NCBI RefSeq assembly: GCF_004010195.1 | Contig: NC_057756.1 | Span: 2,668,776-2,732,775, forward strand | Direction: 5' to 3' | Origin: Chiloscyllium plagiosum | Taxonomy: Eukaryota | DNA: 64,000 nucleotides | Shown: piece after piece, positions 14,096-27,923 of the stretch | How positions within the stretch are numbered: position 1 is the first letter of the stretch | Layout of the letters: every line of letters begins with the position of its first letter | Position numbers and translations under genes: made by a program | The notes under the pieces: model-generated | What the model was told of the DNA's origin: nothing | Databases searched by the model: none | The model's input: only the letters and a program-made list of their open reading frames with translations

Positions 14096-14724
14096 TAGAA
14101 TAACATTACCATTGTAACATAATCTTCCTGTCTTCCTTTTCTCTCAGAGGTAAGGCCACTCGTCGTGGCCAAGTTATTCCAGAGGAAATTCTGTTGATCT
14201 TAATTCAGCCTTTCATTTCGATGATTATCCAATTAATGGCATCGTTTCTGCAGAACTATTTCCACTTCCCATTCTGGATTACTCTGGTTTTTTTTGCTGC
14301 AATGTGGCTACAACGTCATTGTTTATAGGAACAGATTTCCCACATTCAGTCCGGTCTGCCCAGAAACGATCCAAACAGCCATGGGAGCAAAAGTGGAGAA
14401 AATGACATGCAGTTTGCAAACAAAGGAAATGCATGGGAAGTTTCCACAGGCAGGCAGTTTATATCATGACTATCTTCAAGTATACCTGAATACTTATAGT
14501 TGACTGGCCAATCAAATATTGGATGTTCGGTCGAACTTGAGATTTGTTATAATATCATGAAGCGTTACCTGGGTAGTTTATGCCATTGTCAATTCTGGAA
14601 TAAATAAGTAAAGGAATTAATCTACGAACATTTGGACACGAGATATCTCCTGATGTAAACTTGCTGCAGAATGATGTAAGCCTACAAACACATTTTTGTT
14701 GAAATATGCACGACACAGCACCTT

Positions 14725-14905
14725 GTACACTCTGGAAATTGTCGAGAACGTTGGCACTGAAAAGTTACAGCAAGTTAGGCAGCATGCAAGGAAGAGGAGA
14801 GTCGACCTTTTGGGCAAAAGCTCTTCACCTGGAGTCGAAAACTCATCTCCCCTGTTTTTTCGATGCTGCCTGATCTTCTGTGCCTTTTCACCACACTTTA
14901 CAACT
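14725..14905. mobile_element. Degenerate inverted pair of Penelope terminal repeats
   Basis: aggcagcat...gtcgaccttttgggcaaaagctcttca followed by gatgctgcctga; same family as 59567-59909. Confidence 0.65.
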
Positions 14906-15224
14906 CCGTTATACCCAAACTGCATTCCTTAAATTCTCCTACTCTGCAAAATGTCCGATTTATTGACCAGAGTGAACATTTGTTGCGCATGCTAAAATAC
15001 CTATATTTATGTTCAAGTATGAGATGTTAATTTGGATAACACTTGTACATCACGCTTACATAATTGAGGACAAAAGATTTCCCCAAACATAGGTTATGCA
15101 TGCTCTCCAGGGACACAGGAGACACATAAGAACGTCAGATTATAGCACTCCCATTTGAAAAATCGAATGGTTGGATATCAGAATATTTTTGCCTCATGTG
15201 AATTTCTCTAAAGTGAACAGGTAT

Positions 15225-16260
15225 GGCAGAGGACAGAGCGTGGTGGTATTGACATGACGCTCACACTGGAGACCTCCTCCAGTGCAGTACCACAATGATC
15301 GTTGCTGGATTCATTGCTTTACATCCGTTACTTAAATGATTTGGTTGTGAACATAGGAGGTACAAAACAATTACGGATGACACCAAATTGGAGCTGTACC
15401 GGACAGCATAGAAGGTTGCCACAGAGTACAACGGCATGCTGATTAAATGGAGCAATGAGCTAAGGATTGGTAGTTGGAATGTAATTTGAAAAATGTCGCA
15501 TCATTACATTTGTAGAGGCAAATCAGAACAGACCTTATACACCTAATTGTGAAGTCCAGGGGGTGTTGCTGAACAAACAGATCTTGCCCAGATGGTTCAT
15601 AGTTCCTTGATAGCGGCGTTCAGGTAAATAGGATAGTGAGAAGGCTTTTAGTGTGCTTTCCAATGTTTTTAAGAGCATAGAATACATGAGTTGGGAGATA
15701 GTGATGAGATGGTGGACGACATTGTTTCGTCGACGTTTCGATCGTTTGTGTAATTCGGGTCTCTATCCTATCCGAAATGTGTTGAGAAACTTGAAAGGCA
15801 TCACAAAAATTGATAATGCTTTTGCCACGTTCCAGCATTTGAGCCAAAGCAGAGGCAGAACAGGCTGGGGCTGTTTTCCCTGGAGTGGTGACAAAGCAGA
15901 AATTGATAAAATCATGAGGGGCTTGGATGTGTTAAATAGACAAGATATTTTCCCTGGGATGCCGGAGTCCAGAACTAGATAGTATAGGTTTAGGGTCAGA
16001 GCAGGGAAAAAAATAGCAGTGACATAATCATCATTTCTTTCAGTCACTTCTTCTTGCACGTGTGGAATGAGATACCACATGAAGCGGTGGAGGCTGGTAC
16101 ACTTGCAACATTTAAAAGGAAAGTTGGATGGGTATAGTACTGGGCGGTGTACGATGTGAAAGGTGTTGGCAAATGAGACTAAGTTAGGCTATCTGGTCAG
16201 TAATGACATATTTGTCCAAAGAGTCTGATTCTGTGCTGTATATATTCATCACTCTGTGAC
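15225..16260 (+). mobile_element. Old CR1 LINE 3' fragment
   Basis: ggatgacaccaaattgg (ADDTK), caggtaaataggatagtga, CR1 3' UTR; orthologous to 34520-35545. Confidence 0.8.
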
Positions 16261-17179
16261 CTACACTCTCACGTGATAACTGCCAATACCCAAACGCATG
16301 GGCATACATTATTGTCTGATTAGGCTTCCGAGAAAGTGCATCTCATCGACTTATTCATCAGCTCGTTACTTTGTGAACTTGAACTCATTCAGGGTTCCAC
16401 AACACATTTAGGAAAATAGCCTGAACATGATTTAAATTGGTAGTTAAGTATGATACCCAGCCTTCCCATTTATTCAGCCATCTCTGTAATGCCGGATGTG
16501 TTAAGGGAATCCTAGACATCAGTCTTGTTTGATCAACAATACGTTCAAGTTATCCTGTTATGAGCCCGACACAAATAAGATCTCCGATCACATCAAAATG
16601 AAATTTGATACTCTTGAATCACAACTAAAAAGAAAATATTTTGTCACCAAGAACGCAATAAAAATCATTCACCATGTGCATTAAAAACAAACTATAATGT
16701 TTCGACCGTCAATCACATTAAAGTATTTTTAAAATCTTACATATTTGGGACAATACCCAAACAACTCTAGCACATTCAGACTAAACATCAGGCTTGATGA
16801 ATAGTTTATGACGTGGCGTTCGAGCACTCGAAACACATATTTGTCCCACAAATCCCGTAGGCTATTATGCCTTCTCAGCAGCTATGAATATGGAATACGT
16901 TATTTTAGAGTTTGTGCAGTGATTGCAATGTGTAGAGAAACATCATTCGTATTCTTTAGATCCGTTGGTTGATCACAAACTGATACAGAGTGATTAATAT
17001 GCTGGCGTTGTGTTAGATCATCAAATGAATGTCTGCATTCAGATACTGTGAAAGAATACTTTCAGAACGTTGGCAAAGTGAATTGTTTTAAAACTGCACT
17101 GGAATGATTGTGCATGGAGAAAAGGAAAAAGAAAAAAATGCCTCCTTTCATATTGGTGTTATTCTGTTGCATTTTACAG

Positions 17180-17197
17180 AGTTCAGAAAATATCAAG
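17180..17197 (+). pseudogene. 18-nt B-type micro-exon B2, EFRKYQ; 3-nt deletion and weak donor
   Basis: attttacag|AGTTCAGAAAATATCAAG|gttata; identical to B1 except for one missing AAG; donor far from consensus. Confidence 0.55.
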
Positions 17198-17299
17198 GTT
17201 ATAACTCTAAACTACTGCAGGCACTCTGACACTGAAATTCGATCAACACTGAAAGTTTTTGTCTTCTGAAGGGTGATGGAACTTGACTAATATAATATG

Positions 17300-18561
17300 A
17301 AAATCGTTAGAAGAGTACAAAAAAGTAGGAGTATACTTCAGAGGGAAATCAGGAGGGCAAAACGGGGATATGAGCGAGCTTTGGCAAATAGAATTAAGGA
17401 AAATCCAAAGGGTTTTTACAAAGATATATTTGTAAAAAGGGGAAACTAGGAAGAGAAAAGGGCCTCTCAAAGAGCAGCAAGGCGGCCTTTCAGGCATTCG
17501 CCAAGGTTCTCCATGGGAGACTGGTTAACAAGATTCGATCTCATGGAATAGGGGGGATAACTATCCATTTAGATACAGACCTGGCTCAAACGTAGAAGAC
17601 AGAGTGTGGTAGTAGAGGATTGTTTTTCAGACTGGAGGCCTGAGACAAATGGAGTGCCATAAGAATCGGTGCTGGGCCCTCTACTTTTTTGTCATTTACA
17701 AAAATGATTTGGATGCGAGCATAAGAGATACAGTTAGTAAGTTTGCAGATAACACCAAAATTGGAGGTGTAGTGGACAGCGAAGAGGGTTACTCTTAGAT
17801 TACAATAGGATTTTGATCAGATAGGCCAATGGACTGAGAAGTGGCAGATGGAGTTAAATTCAGATAACTGCGAGGTGCTGCATTTTGGGAAAGCAAATCT
17901 TAGCAGAAATTATACGCTTAATGGTAAGGTCCTCGGGAGTGTTGCTGAACAAAGAGACCTTGGAGTGCAGGTTCCCTAGGGAGTGTTGCTGAACATAGAT
18001 ACCTTGGAGTGCAGGTTCATAGCACCTTGAAAGTGGAGTCGCAGGTCGATAGGATAGTGAAGAAGGCGTTTGGTATGTTTTCCTTTATTGGTCAGATTAT
18101 TGAGTACAGGTGTTGAGGTCATGTTGTGGCTGCAGAGCACAGTGGTTAGGCCACTGTTGGAATACTGCGTGCAATTCTGGTCTCCTTCCTATCGGAAAGA
18201 TGTTGTAAAACTTGAAAGGGTTCAGAAAAGATTTACAAGGATGTTTCCAGGGTTGGAGGATCTGAGCTATAGGGAGAGGGTGAACAGGCTGGGGCTGTTT
18301 TCCCTGGAGCGTCAGAGACTGAGGGGGTGACTTTTTAGAAGCTTACAAAATTATGAGCGACATGATAGGATAAATTGAGAAGGATTTATTTTCCTCTGGT
18401 TTTGGGGAGTCCAGAACTAGAGGGCATAGGAGCCGGGTGGAAGGATATGGGCCGGCTGGTGGCAGGTGGGACTAGATTGGGTTGGGATATCTGGTCGGCA
18501 TGGACGCGTTGGACCAAAGGATCTGTTTCCATGCTGTACATCTCTATGATTCTATGATTCT
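17300..18561 (+). mobile_element. Relatively young 5'-truncated CR1 LINE with internal deletions and a 44-bp duplication
   Basis: VRPLLEYCVQFWSPSYRKDVVKLERVQKRFTRMFPGLEDLSYRERVNRLGLFSLERQRLRG; tail ctatgattctatgattcta; direct repeat 17931-17973/17974-18017. Confidence 0.92.
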
Positions 18562-19769
18562 AAGTTGTCATTTAATCTAAAGAAACGATATGGTAAAATA
18601 ATCTCAGCTGTTCTCTTCTACTTATCTTTAAACTCGTGATATAACAGGAAAGAGGTATTGAGTATTTTCCTGACTTCTAATAACATGTCTGTCCATTAAT
18701 TTCCAGTACATTGAAAACCAAAGCAATACTGCACGCCATCAAAAATATGCACAATACTTTGCAATTATACACTCAATTGAAATACGTGTCCATATCCAGG
18801 ATGTATAGGCTGATCTCTTACTGAGAAGAATGTTTTGGACCAGATCAGGCACCTTCAATGCACTTAAAAAACTATTCAAGGCCTATTATTTCTTCAAGTT
18901 TTAAGCAGCTTAAAGTTGGCTATTTCAGGAGTGATGCAGCTGTTCGACTCACTCATTTTCAAGCAAGATGCCATTTGTTTGCAGACTGCTGAATAAAAAA
19001 AGAAACAAGAAAGTGAAAACTTAATTTAAAATAACAACTATTTGAAAGCTCGACGAACTCAATATCAGCACAACTTAGAAAGAGCTGGTCTGAGTTCCTA
19101 ACATCCGATAATGATGCCCCTTAGCAAAATTTTACAATGAAGCACAGATTGGAGGAGGAGAGATTTCAGAATGGATCTTCCAGTGATCACTAGCTGAATC
19201 AGAGAACCTCTTTTCTGGCAGCAGGTTTTTGGGGTTCCCAGCAAATAAAATGAGAAACTGGAGAAATTTCTGAACTGGGTGAACTGGCCAATACTTCCTC
19301 ATTGTGCAAAAGATTGCCAGAAATCAACGCTATGAGCCAGTTTTCTTGGTTGTTGGCTGTCGTAGTATCTGCAACCACAATCAAAGTAGTCTATTTTCAG
19401 ACAAATGCGAATCTCTGCCTTTTACAACCGTTTTTAGAAAGAAAAGTACTACAGAAAATATAACCTTGTTAAAGGAGCAGCTTCATCACAGTACAAAGTG
19501 AATTTAAATCTACACTAATTCCCATTTTTAAACACATTAAACGAAATCTTGTCTGATTCAATTGAACGGTGAAATAAATACAACTGCCTATTCATGATGC
19601 CCAAAACCATTTTACATTCGAAATCGCTTCATCCACTAAAGACAGCTGTTACTAATTACCAAGGAAACAGCATGTCACTCAGAAATGAAGAGCTACTGGT
19701 TTTCGATCTCTGCTTTCAATATAATCAGTTATTCAGGTTGACAAATAACTCAAGAGGTAATAACCAAGG

Positions 19770-20090
19770 TCGTTTCCCTGGGTAGTGCAGTTCAGCAATG
19801 GAGAGCTTAGACTCAGGGGAATGGGGAGAGACTTACACCGGCCCTAAGGGGAAACGTTTTCACGCATTGTATTGCGTATATTGAATGATTTGCCAGAGGA
19901 AATGCCGAAGGTTGGTGCAATTAAAACATATAAAATTTATTTGGATGGGTGAATGAATAGGATAATTTTAGAAGGATATGGGTGAGGTGTTGGCAAATGG
20001 TTGTAGATTAGTTTTCGGATTTCTGATTGGCATGGTCGGGTTTGACTAAAGGACGTTTTTCCGTGCTGTACATCTCTAAGATTCTAAGAG
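19770..20090 (+). mobile_element. CR1 LINE 3' end
   Basis: CR1 3' UTR ending ccgtgctgtacatctctaagattcta; orthologous copy at 43080-43390. Confidence 0.75.
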
Positions 20091-20519
20091 ACTTATCATC
20101 TGTTAGATTCTATCCCTGTGCCGAATTGTGATTTAGCTTCTTCCTCGTTACAATAGCTAGTCATCTCCAGAAACGTCTGACAAACTATACTTTACCAGTT
20201 TGCAAACATTTTTACAGGCTATTTAAAGACAATTTTCATTCTCAGTAATCTCACAGGCAATCATCAATGACAGTTGGTGCTGTGTAAACTGCACTCCGTC
20301 TGAATTAAACATTCACCCTTCATTACATATTCATACTCAATACTCTTCATGCAATGCTGTCCTTCATGAAAATGTCACATATAAGATAAAGAATTCGCAA
20401 GCAAGTGCATACGCGATTGGAGAAATCTATTGCACGTTTGATGTCCTCCCAAAATTTGCAGTATGAATAGTCCACCATAACAAACTGACAAATGGACAAT
20501 AATGGGAAACCGCCATTTT

Positions 20520-21370
20520 GCTTTCCCAATCTCTTCTATACAGGTGATGAATTTAGTGTTAGCATCACTACATCCGCTTTAGCAGCAAAATCTTTTTGAT
20601 GAATTTACAGAGGATGTTTTGTCTCATTCAAATCAGAATGATTTAGCTAAATCTCAGTGCATCAGGCACGTTGTGTGCTATATGCCTATGCTAGATCAAT
20701 GTGTATCAGCATGATATGTGTTTGTATGGAGGCTGCAGTGGAAATCTACTCACAAAGTTAAGACCAAGATGTCAGAAATTAAAAGAAAGAGATGCATTCA
20801 GTAACGAGTAAGCGAATTTTTTTTTTTCAGAACAAAACGATAAAATACAACGTATCAGGAAATTCAGACCAATAGATTATAGGAAAATCAAATCATTACA
20901 GAATCAACTCTCACCAAACTTTTATCGGAATTTATCTTCCAATAATGTGACGTGATGAACGAAGGCTTGTATCTATTCATTAACGTGGAATTGTTATCGT
21001 CACAACATCTGATCTGGCAGCAATATAACTTTGATAAATTTACTGAAGAGGCTTGGTTTCTATCAAGTCAGATTGACATGCTTAAGTGTCAGTGGGTCAC
21101 GCATGTTCCGCGTTATATGCCTATTTTCTATCAATGTCAACCAGCTTGATATCTGTTGGTATGGAAGCTCCAGCAGAACTCTACTCATAATGTTACCAGC
21201 AAGACATGAGAAATTGGAAGAAAGCGAGACTTTCTGTAACGAGTAAGTGAAATACTTTGCAGAACAAAACGATAAAACAATAGATATCAGGAAATTCTGA
21301 TCAATAAATTATGGGAAAATCAAATAATAATGGAATCAACGATTAACACAATTTTCTTAGAATTTACGTG
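20520..21370 (+). repeat. Local tandem duplication, period about 435 bp
   Basis: gtaacgagtaag..cagaacaaaacgataaaa..tatcaggaaattc occurs near 20800 and 21236. Confidence 0.8.
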
Positions 21371-21471
21371 GAATTGAATCTTCTAAATATCTATCAGTAA
21401 TGACTACTGCTTCCAATTCATTATCCTTTGGTGAAGCAGAAAAATACAAAATGCTTCTTTACCCCTTGCAG

Positions 21472-21492
21472 AACATGCAGATAAAGAAGCCG
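21472..21492 (+). CDS. 21-nt micro-exon D2, EHADKEA
   Basis: tttaccccttgcag|AACATGCAGATAAAGAAGCCG|gtgagt; degenerate homologues at 28403, 46255, 56560. Confidence 0.75.
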
Positions 21493-21936
21493 GTGAGTTT
21501 ATGTGTGGAATCTCGTTTTGTCTGTTATAGTAGTGCCCATAATAAACCAACATTTTTAAATTATATATTTCTGTTTGAAGTTAGAATGAAACAAATTTAA
21601 ACTGCATGAATGCTTTTCATCTCTGGCAGTTCATAAAAGCAAGTGACTCTGGAACTGTGAACAGAGCCAAAAAGAGATTTGGTCAAGTGTCGGAGTTGGA
21701 ATATAATACACTGAAATAATGCAGTTGTGAGAGCAATAGTGCTAAAATGCATTCCTGCTCAATTGTGCAATTTGCTTACACGAATTATATTTGTTGGCAA
21801 TATGGGCCTTGGGACACAATTCTCAGCCAACATAACTTTACGGCATTGATCTGAATACTGATGATTGACTGAAAACGGAGAGAATTCCTTTCGGATGTAT
21901 ACACAATGATCAATGTTTTATTAATTTGTCCTACAG

Positions 21937-21957
21937 ATCTGAAGAAGTGCAAGGATG
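21937..21957 (+). CDS. 21-nt micro-exon C2, DLKKCKD
   Basis: ttaatttgtcctacag|ATCTGAAGAAGTGCAAGGATG|gtgaga. Confidence 0.8.
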
Positions 21958-22780
21958 GTGAGAATCATTAACAAATAATGGACCATTTGCGAAGCAAAGA
22001 AGAGTACATTGATTGGTCATTAAAATCAATTTCTGCTTTGCTCAAATGACACATGAAATCTACAACATTACATATGACAAAGTTTATTGATAGCTCAATG
22101 TTGGCACTGCTTTGTTAGACGAATTTGATAATGAACTTAACTTATAACGTGACAAACTGATACCTTAATTCGAGATTTCTCAAGTGTGAGTGAATTTCAA
22201 ATCAGGATATAACAGGGAAAACATTTATTAAACGAATAGCAGATTGCCTCCGAAGCAATTTTCAGGCCATGTTAAAACCATGCTAGTAAATTTGATTGCA
22301 TATGGAATTACCTGAGTAATTCCCGAAAACTATGCACAAGTAAATCTGTTGTGCAAATGCATCCTCAGGGCAGTGGACTGACAGAAATTAGTCTTACTAA
22401 TGCAAACTTCCTAAAGTATTGAAGAAATGTAAAAATCATTGAATTCCAACAACGAAAGTCACATCAATCATTCTGAAAGACTTCGTGCAGCTGACATCAT
22501 AAATGCCACATTAAAAACTACCTGGAGGGTACAACACACAAAAAGTGAACCCGATTGTGCATCAACACCCATCTCAATTTTGTGTTCTCCCTAAGACTTA
22601 CCTATTAATACCCTCTTTATAGGCGAACTACAAATTGACTGGAACTATCAGGACAGCTGTACCACGAGTTTGTGCGCACAGGAAGGGATTCATGTGGCAC
22701 GACATCCTGCCAGACAGATTCAGCTGATATATTATTTTCTTTATTTCCAAATAGAACCGTTAGCTTACTCAAACTGTACA

Positions 22781-22922
22781 GGCGAAAGTGAGAAGTGTGG
22801 ATGCTGGAGGTTAGAGTCAAGATTAGTTTCGTGCTGAACTCCTGATGAAGGGCTCCTACCCTCCAGTTCCTCAGATGCTGCCTGACCTGCTGTGCATTTC
22901 CAGAACCACTCTAATCTTTATT
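22781..22922. mobile_element. Short inverted Penelope terminal-repeat insertion
   Basis: gaaagtgag...gatgctggag then cctgatgaagggc...gatgctgcctgacctgctgtgc. Confidence 0.65.
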
Positions 22923-23809
22923 CTAACTGTGCACCCGAACATAGACTCACCCAACAACCTGATACCAGTTGCTTAGTGTTTCTAACCTAACCCACTAATG
23001 ACACAGCCAAATCTTGTTTCTTACCACCCATCCAATCTGACATAAACGATTATGGATACATTCTGTTTCGACCTTCTGCGCCAATTTATACCTCATTATT
23101 TTCGAGCAATGAGCCAACTACTGGCCTTCCTGCAAACAATTAAATTACCAGCATATTCAGCAACTGAACTAATTTCCTTTCTGCAACACTTATCCCTTAC
23201 ATAGCACACTACTAAACTACTTCGCACTCATCTGGAAACCAATAATTGCATCCACGAACAGACTTATTAAGGCAACTAACTCGGTGTGACATTATCCATT
23301 GCTCTTCCAATATACCTCGACACAGAACTGCATCCGGAACAGTCTTGCAATCCATTCAAACATCATAGGTAGAGAACTGTTCCTTACCACAAAATCTTGT
23401 CGCTCGGTTTCTGTAACATTTACTGTTTAAGATTTAAAACTCAGTTTTACCTTCATTGAATCAACATAAGAAGGAGTGCTTTTACTTTTCGGCCATTCTT
23501 TCTGATATTGCCAGAAAATTTGTAGAGTCTTCCAATTGGGATGCAATCTGAACTGAACGAGAACGCAATCATATCTGGAATAAACCATGAAACCATCTAA
23601 CCAGTGCGAGAAATCCCATTTTGGACGCCATTCAGAGAATATTGATTTTTTTTTTAACAATACATGATGTGCCAAATTTTGTCCATGTGGGACTTAATGA
23701 AATGTGGAACGGTGTGTTACGGATTTTTTGACATTGTTTTAAATGAGATGCAAATCTAGTTAAGAAAGATAAACACAAAGCAACCAATAGACTGAGCATT
23801 AAATAAAAT

Positions 23810-24830
23810 TGATGGTATAGTGGACAGTGAAGACGTTTTTCTGAGAGTGCCAAAATATCTTTATGAGATGTGCCAATAGATAGAAGACAGGTCGATGCTG
23901 TTTAATTCGCATACATTCACGGAGTTGCATTCTTGTAAGGCAATCACATCAGTAATTACATTGTTAATGGAAAACCCTGGAGAATGTAGTTGAGTCGTGA
24001 GGTCGTGGAATTCAGGCATTTAGTTCCTTATAAGTGGAACCACAGTTTGACAGGGTAGGGATGCATGCGTTAGGCCATCCTGCATTCGTTGATCAAAGCA
24101 TCAAAATCAGATGTTTGGAAGACATTCGCGAGGCTATATCTTGAGTACTGCAAGCAGTACTGCAGTCGGAAGGATGTTATTACAATGGAAAATGAACAGC
24201 GAAACGTTAAGTACATTTAAGTCGTCTTTGGTCAAGCATTTGGATGTACATGGAGTAGTGTAGGTTAGATAGGCTTCAGATTCGCATGACAGATCGGCGC
24301 AACATCGAGGGCCGAATGGCCTGTACTGCACTCCATTGTTCTATGTTCTATGTTCCATGTTCTATAAAAATACATGGTTTCTACGGATGCTACAGGTTTG
24401 ACTTAAGAGGAGAGGTTGGACTGGCTGTGATTTGTTCCCTGTAAGGTCAAAAATTGAGAGGGTAACCTACACAGGGTTATAAATCCAAAGTGGAAGCAAT
24501 AAAGTAAATACAAAACGTATTTCCCCGAGTGCAGAGGACTCCACAACTCTCAACAAACCTTTGAAGTTGACAGAGAAAATATTTAGAAGACATCTGAGGA
24601 TCAAGATTTAACTGCAAAGGGTGCTGTGTAAATGGTATTAACTGCTACATAAAGTGATAGATGTAGACAGAGCTACAGCAGTTAAAAGACATTTTATCAA
24701 GAACATGAATCTTAAAAATTGAGATGGAATTTGACCAAACTCAGGGTAGAGGAGACAGGTTTAATTTGTAAAACCTGGTTGCATTGGACCAATTGCACTG
24801 AAGGGTATGTTTCCTTTCGGTGTGTATCCA
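23810..24830 (+). mobile_element. Old CR1 fragment upstream of exon A2 with a nested CR1 3' end (about 24210-24365)
   Basis: gtggacagtgaag..., cttgagtactg; nested tail ctatgttctatgttc. Confidence 0.75.
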
Positions 24831-24928
24831 GAACCCGAGAACCTTCTAATGATTAATATGATGCAGTAATTGAATTTGTTCCCATTTCGACATATGATTT
24901 CACTTACTGTTCCATTTCACGTTTGCAG

Positions 24929-24949
24929 ATCTAGAAAATGAAAGAATTG
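24929..24949 (+). CDS. 21-nt micro-exon A2, DLENERI
   Basis: tttcacgtttgcag|ATCTAGAAAATGAAAGAATTG|gtgagt. Confidence 0.82.
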
Positions 24950-26784
24950 GTGAGTTTTTTTTTTAGTCATCAGAAAAAACCTTGCAGAGTCCTTATTCGC
25001 TGCAATGTTGTGATTAGTCACTGCCACAGAATTTTAATATACTCTGCGTGTGTTGATAATACTTAATAAATGGTCACGTTACGAATGGGATTAAGAGAAT
25101 AGGTGAATCACGTACTTTATTTGATGTGTTGAATTATCAGTAATGTTATCAACGCTTTAAAAACATTGTGTAACAACTAACTGTACCTGTTATATACATC
25201 AGTGTGTTTGTAGACTGAAGTGAAACATTTTGTTTCAGTGAAAAACCAGTTGTAAAATTCACTTGAACATCTTTTCGATATGAACATAAATTGAAAGAAG
25301 AACAAACACCTCACCGTAGGGGAGGAACAAAAAAAAATACTGTGAAGAACAATTGACAGGTGGAAGTGAGGATGAAAACTGCAAAACTATTAATGCAAAA
25401 TTCTGAAGAAGTGCAAAAGACTGTGATTGACCAGAAGTGGTTAATATGAAACATTTCTTTGGATGGAAAATGGAGAGGTGAGGGAAACGTGAGACATACA
25501 GAAAAAAAACGTGGGCGCTGTCTGTCATGATATCTATCGAAATCGCTCATCTGAAAAAGGAACAAGATATTTAACTGCAGCAAAATTAGAATGTCAATTG
25601 ATATCGATTACAGGGACAACAGAATGGAGATACATATGACGTGATGATAACTTAACTACGTGGTGGACGTTAGTAGAAGTAGAAGTAAGGGCCAAATTTA
25701 TTTTGAAAAAAAACGTTTTTAAGTTTCTTTTTTGAAAGTGATACTTATGTGCTCTACTTTATGGTACATTCAAATTCACTGTGTAGAATTTCAGAAGCCT
25801 GTACATTTTGGATAAATAACAATGATAATATTCAGGAACCCAACGACGTAATACACAAATACATTTGGAAACTCAAGTTTCAACATTAAGTGCAAAAAAC
25901 GGCTCAGAGAATGTCAACACAAACAAATATTTAGCGAAGAAAATGAGCATAATTCTGAAAGGTGATGCGAGTAAATGGGTATTCGAAACATACTAAACAA
26001 GCAAACCCATTGGTGAAAAATTGTCAAGTGACAATGGCTAATGTGACAAAAATGAAATTTTCAACTGTTATTTAAGGTCGTGGGGGGAAAGAAATCCAAA
26101 TTAATTGTACTGGACGAAATTAGCATTTATACATATTCTGTGGCAATTCTTGATTAGTTCAGAAGAATGGCATTAATACTGTAAAACAAGTTCCTGCTCT
26201 CCTCCTCTCACCAAGTAAAGGGCTACATATATTGGCGAAGGTATTCCAGTGAAAAGCCTAACTATTAATAATCTTCGGATTTCAACATTAATTTCTAGTT
26301 TTACATTTGCAACTGTATATTTGCTGTGGTGTTTTTTCGAGTCCCCACGCGGTATCAAGTGTTCATTTTTCTCCAAAGGTGGCTTCAAAATGATATTTGA
26401 CAGGAACAGGTTGCTTGCATTCAATCTGTTCTGCCGAGAAGCAATTCAAAGAGCCATGGAGTGAAAGCAATGAAAATGCTTTCACATTGACATGCAGATT
26501 ACAAAGAAATGAAAGCTTACAGCGACAGAATTTTTTTGCAGTATACGTAAAGTTCGTTGCCCATTCAAATTTTCGACTTCAGGCTGATAACACTATGAAA
26601 TGTTACCCGTGTAATTTGTGGCACTGCTAATTGTGTAACAACATGGAAACATATTTATCTGTGAACATTTTGAGAACAGGTATTTTCTGTTTGAAGATAG
26701 CTGTGAAACGATGAATACTGATACATGTGCTTTGGTTGATAGAAATGCTGAAATATTCAATTACATTAAACGCAGCACCTTGGA

Positions 26785-26992
26785 CTCTCTGGAAAATGGG
26801 TGGCAATGTTTGGCTGGAAACGCTCTCATGCTCCGTGGAGCATTAGAGTCGAAATTTTAGATATATGCTCTTCATCAGGAGCTGAAACGTCGATTCTCCT
26901 GCAACTTGGATGCTGCCTGATAATCTGTCATCCAACACCACACTTCTGGGCTCTGGTATACGGCATCTGCATTCTTCACTTTCTCCTACTCT
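26785..26992. mobile_element. Degenerate inverted Penelope terminal repeats
   Basis: ctcttcatcagg abutting ctgaaacgtcgattctcctg...gatgctgcctga...catctgcattcttcactttctcct. Confidence 0.65.
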
Positions 26993-27923
26993 GTAGAAAA
27001 TGTTAGAATTACTGTCGAAGAAAAATATTTGGAGGTTATGCTGAAATGCCAATATTTACGTTCAAACAAAAAACGATAAATAAGTTTCATTATCATATTC
27101 TCTTGAACAGAGGAAGAAGAAGGCTTATGTTAGGGTGAAACGAAAAACTCAGGTCGCTTGACAGTTACAAGTTAGTCAGGGAAGACATGACGAGAAAATT
27201 AAGAAGACCCAGGTGGGGATTTTGGCAGAGAGAATCAAGGAAAGCCCTGAAGTTAATAGTTATTTCAGGAACAGAGGAATGACTTAAAAAATTCGTAGAA
27301 ACTGGAGCTCTTCTCAATTAACAATTCATCTGTGATTACTTCTTCATAATCAAAAATATGTCACACTGTCCTTCAGGAACGTGTCACGATGCATAGGATG
27401 AGCAAGTCTCACACACGCTCCTACACGTTTGTTGTAATACATTGAAATCTTTGAAATCTTGGTAGTGTCGATATTACATCATAGTAACAGACAACGGCCA
27501 ATTATTCGGAAGCTGTCCATTTTCCATTTTCATTCTGTTCTCCTCACATGGTGAATTAACTGTTATCTTCAAGCCATCTTATCTGGAAGCAACAATTTTT
27601 TGTAAGTGAATCCATAAAAGAACGGTTGTCTCATTCAAGTCAGACGGATTTAGCTCAATTTCAGTGAGTCATGCCGTATTTGGCCTCATATGGTTATTCT
27701 GTGTAAATGACTGTCAGCATGACATGTGTAGGTATGGAGGTTCCAGCGAAAATCCAGTGACAATATTTTAGCCGAGATTTTAGAAACGGATAAGCAAAAT
27801 GATACGATCTGTAATGAGTTAGGCGAATACATTTCAAAACAAAAACAATAAAACAATAGATATAAGAAAATTCCCGTCTATAGAATATGGGAAAATTAAA
27901 TAACAGAGAATCTACCTTTTGTT

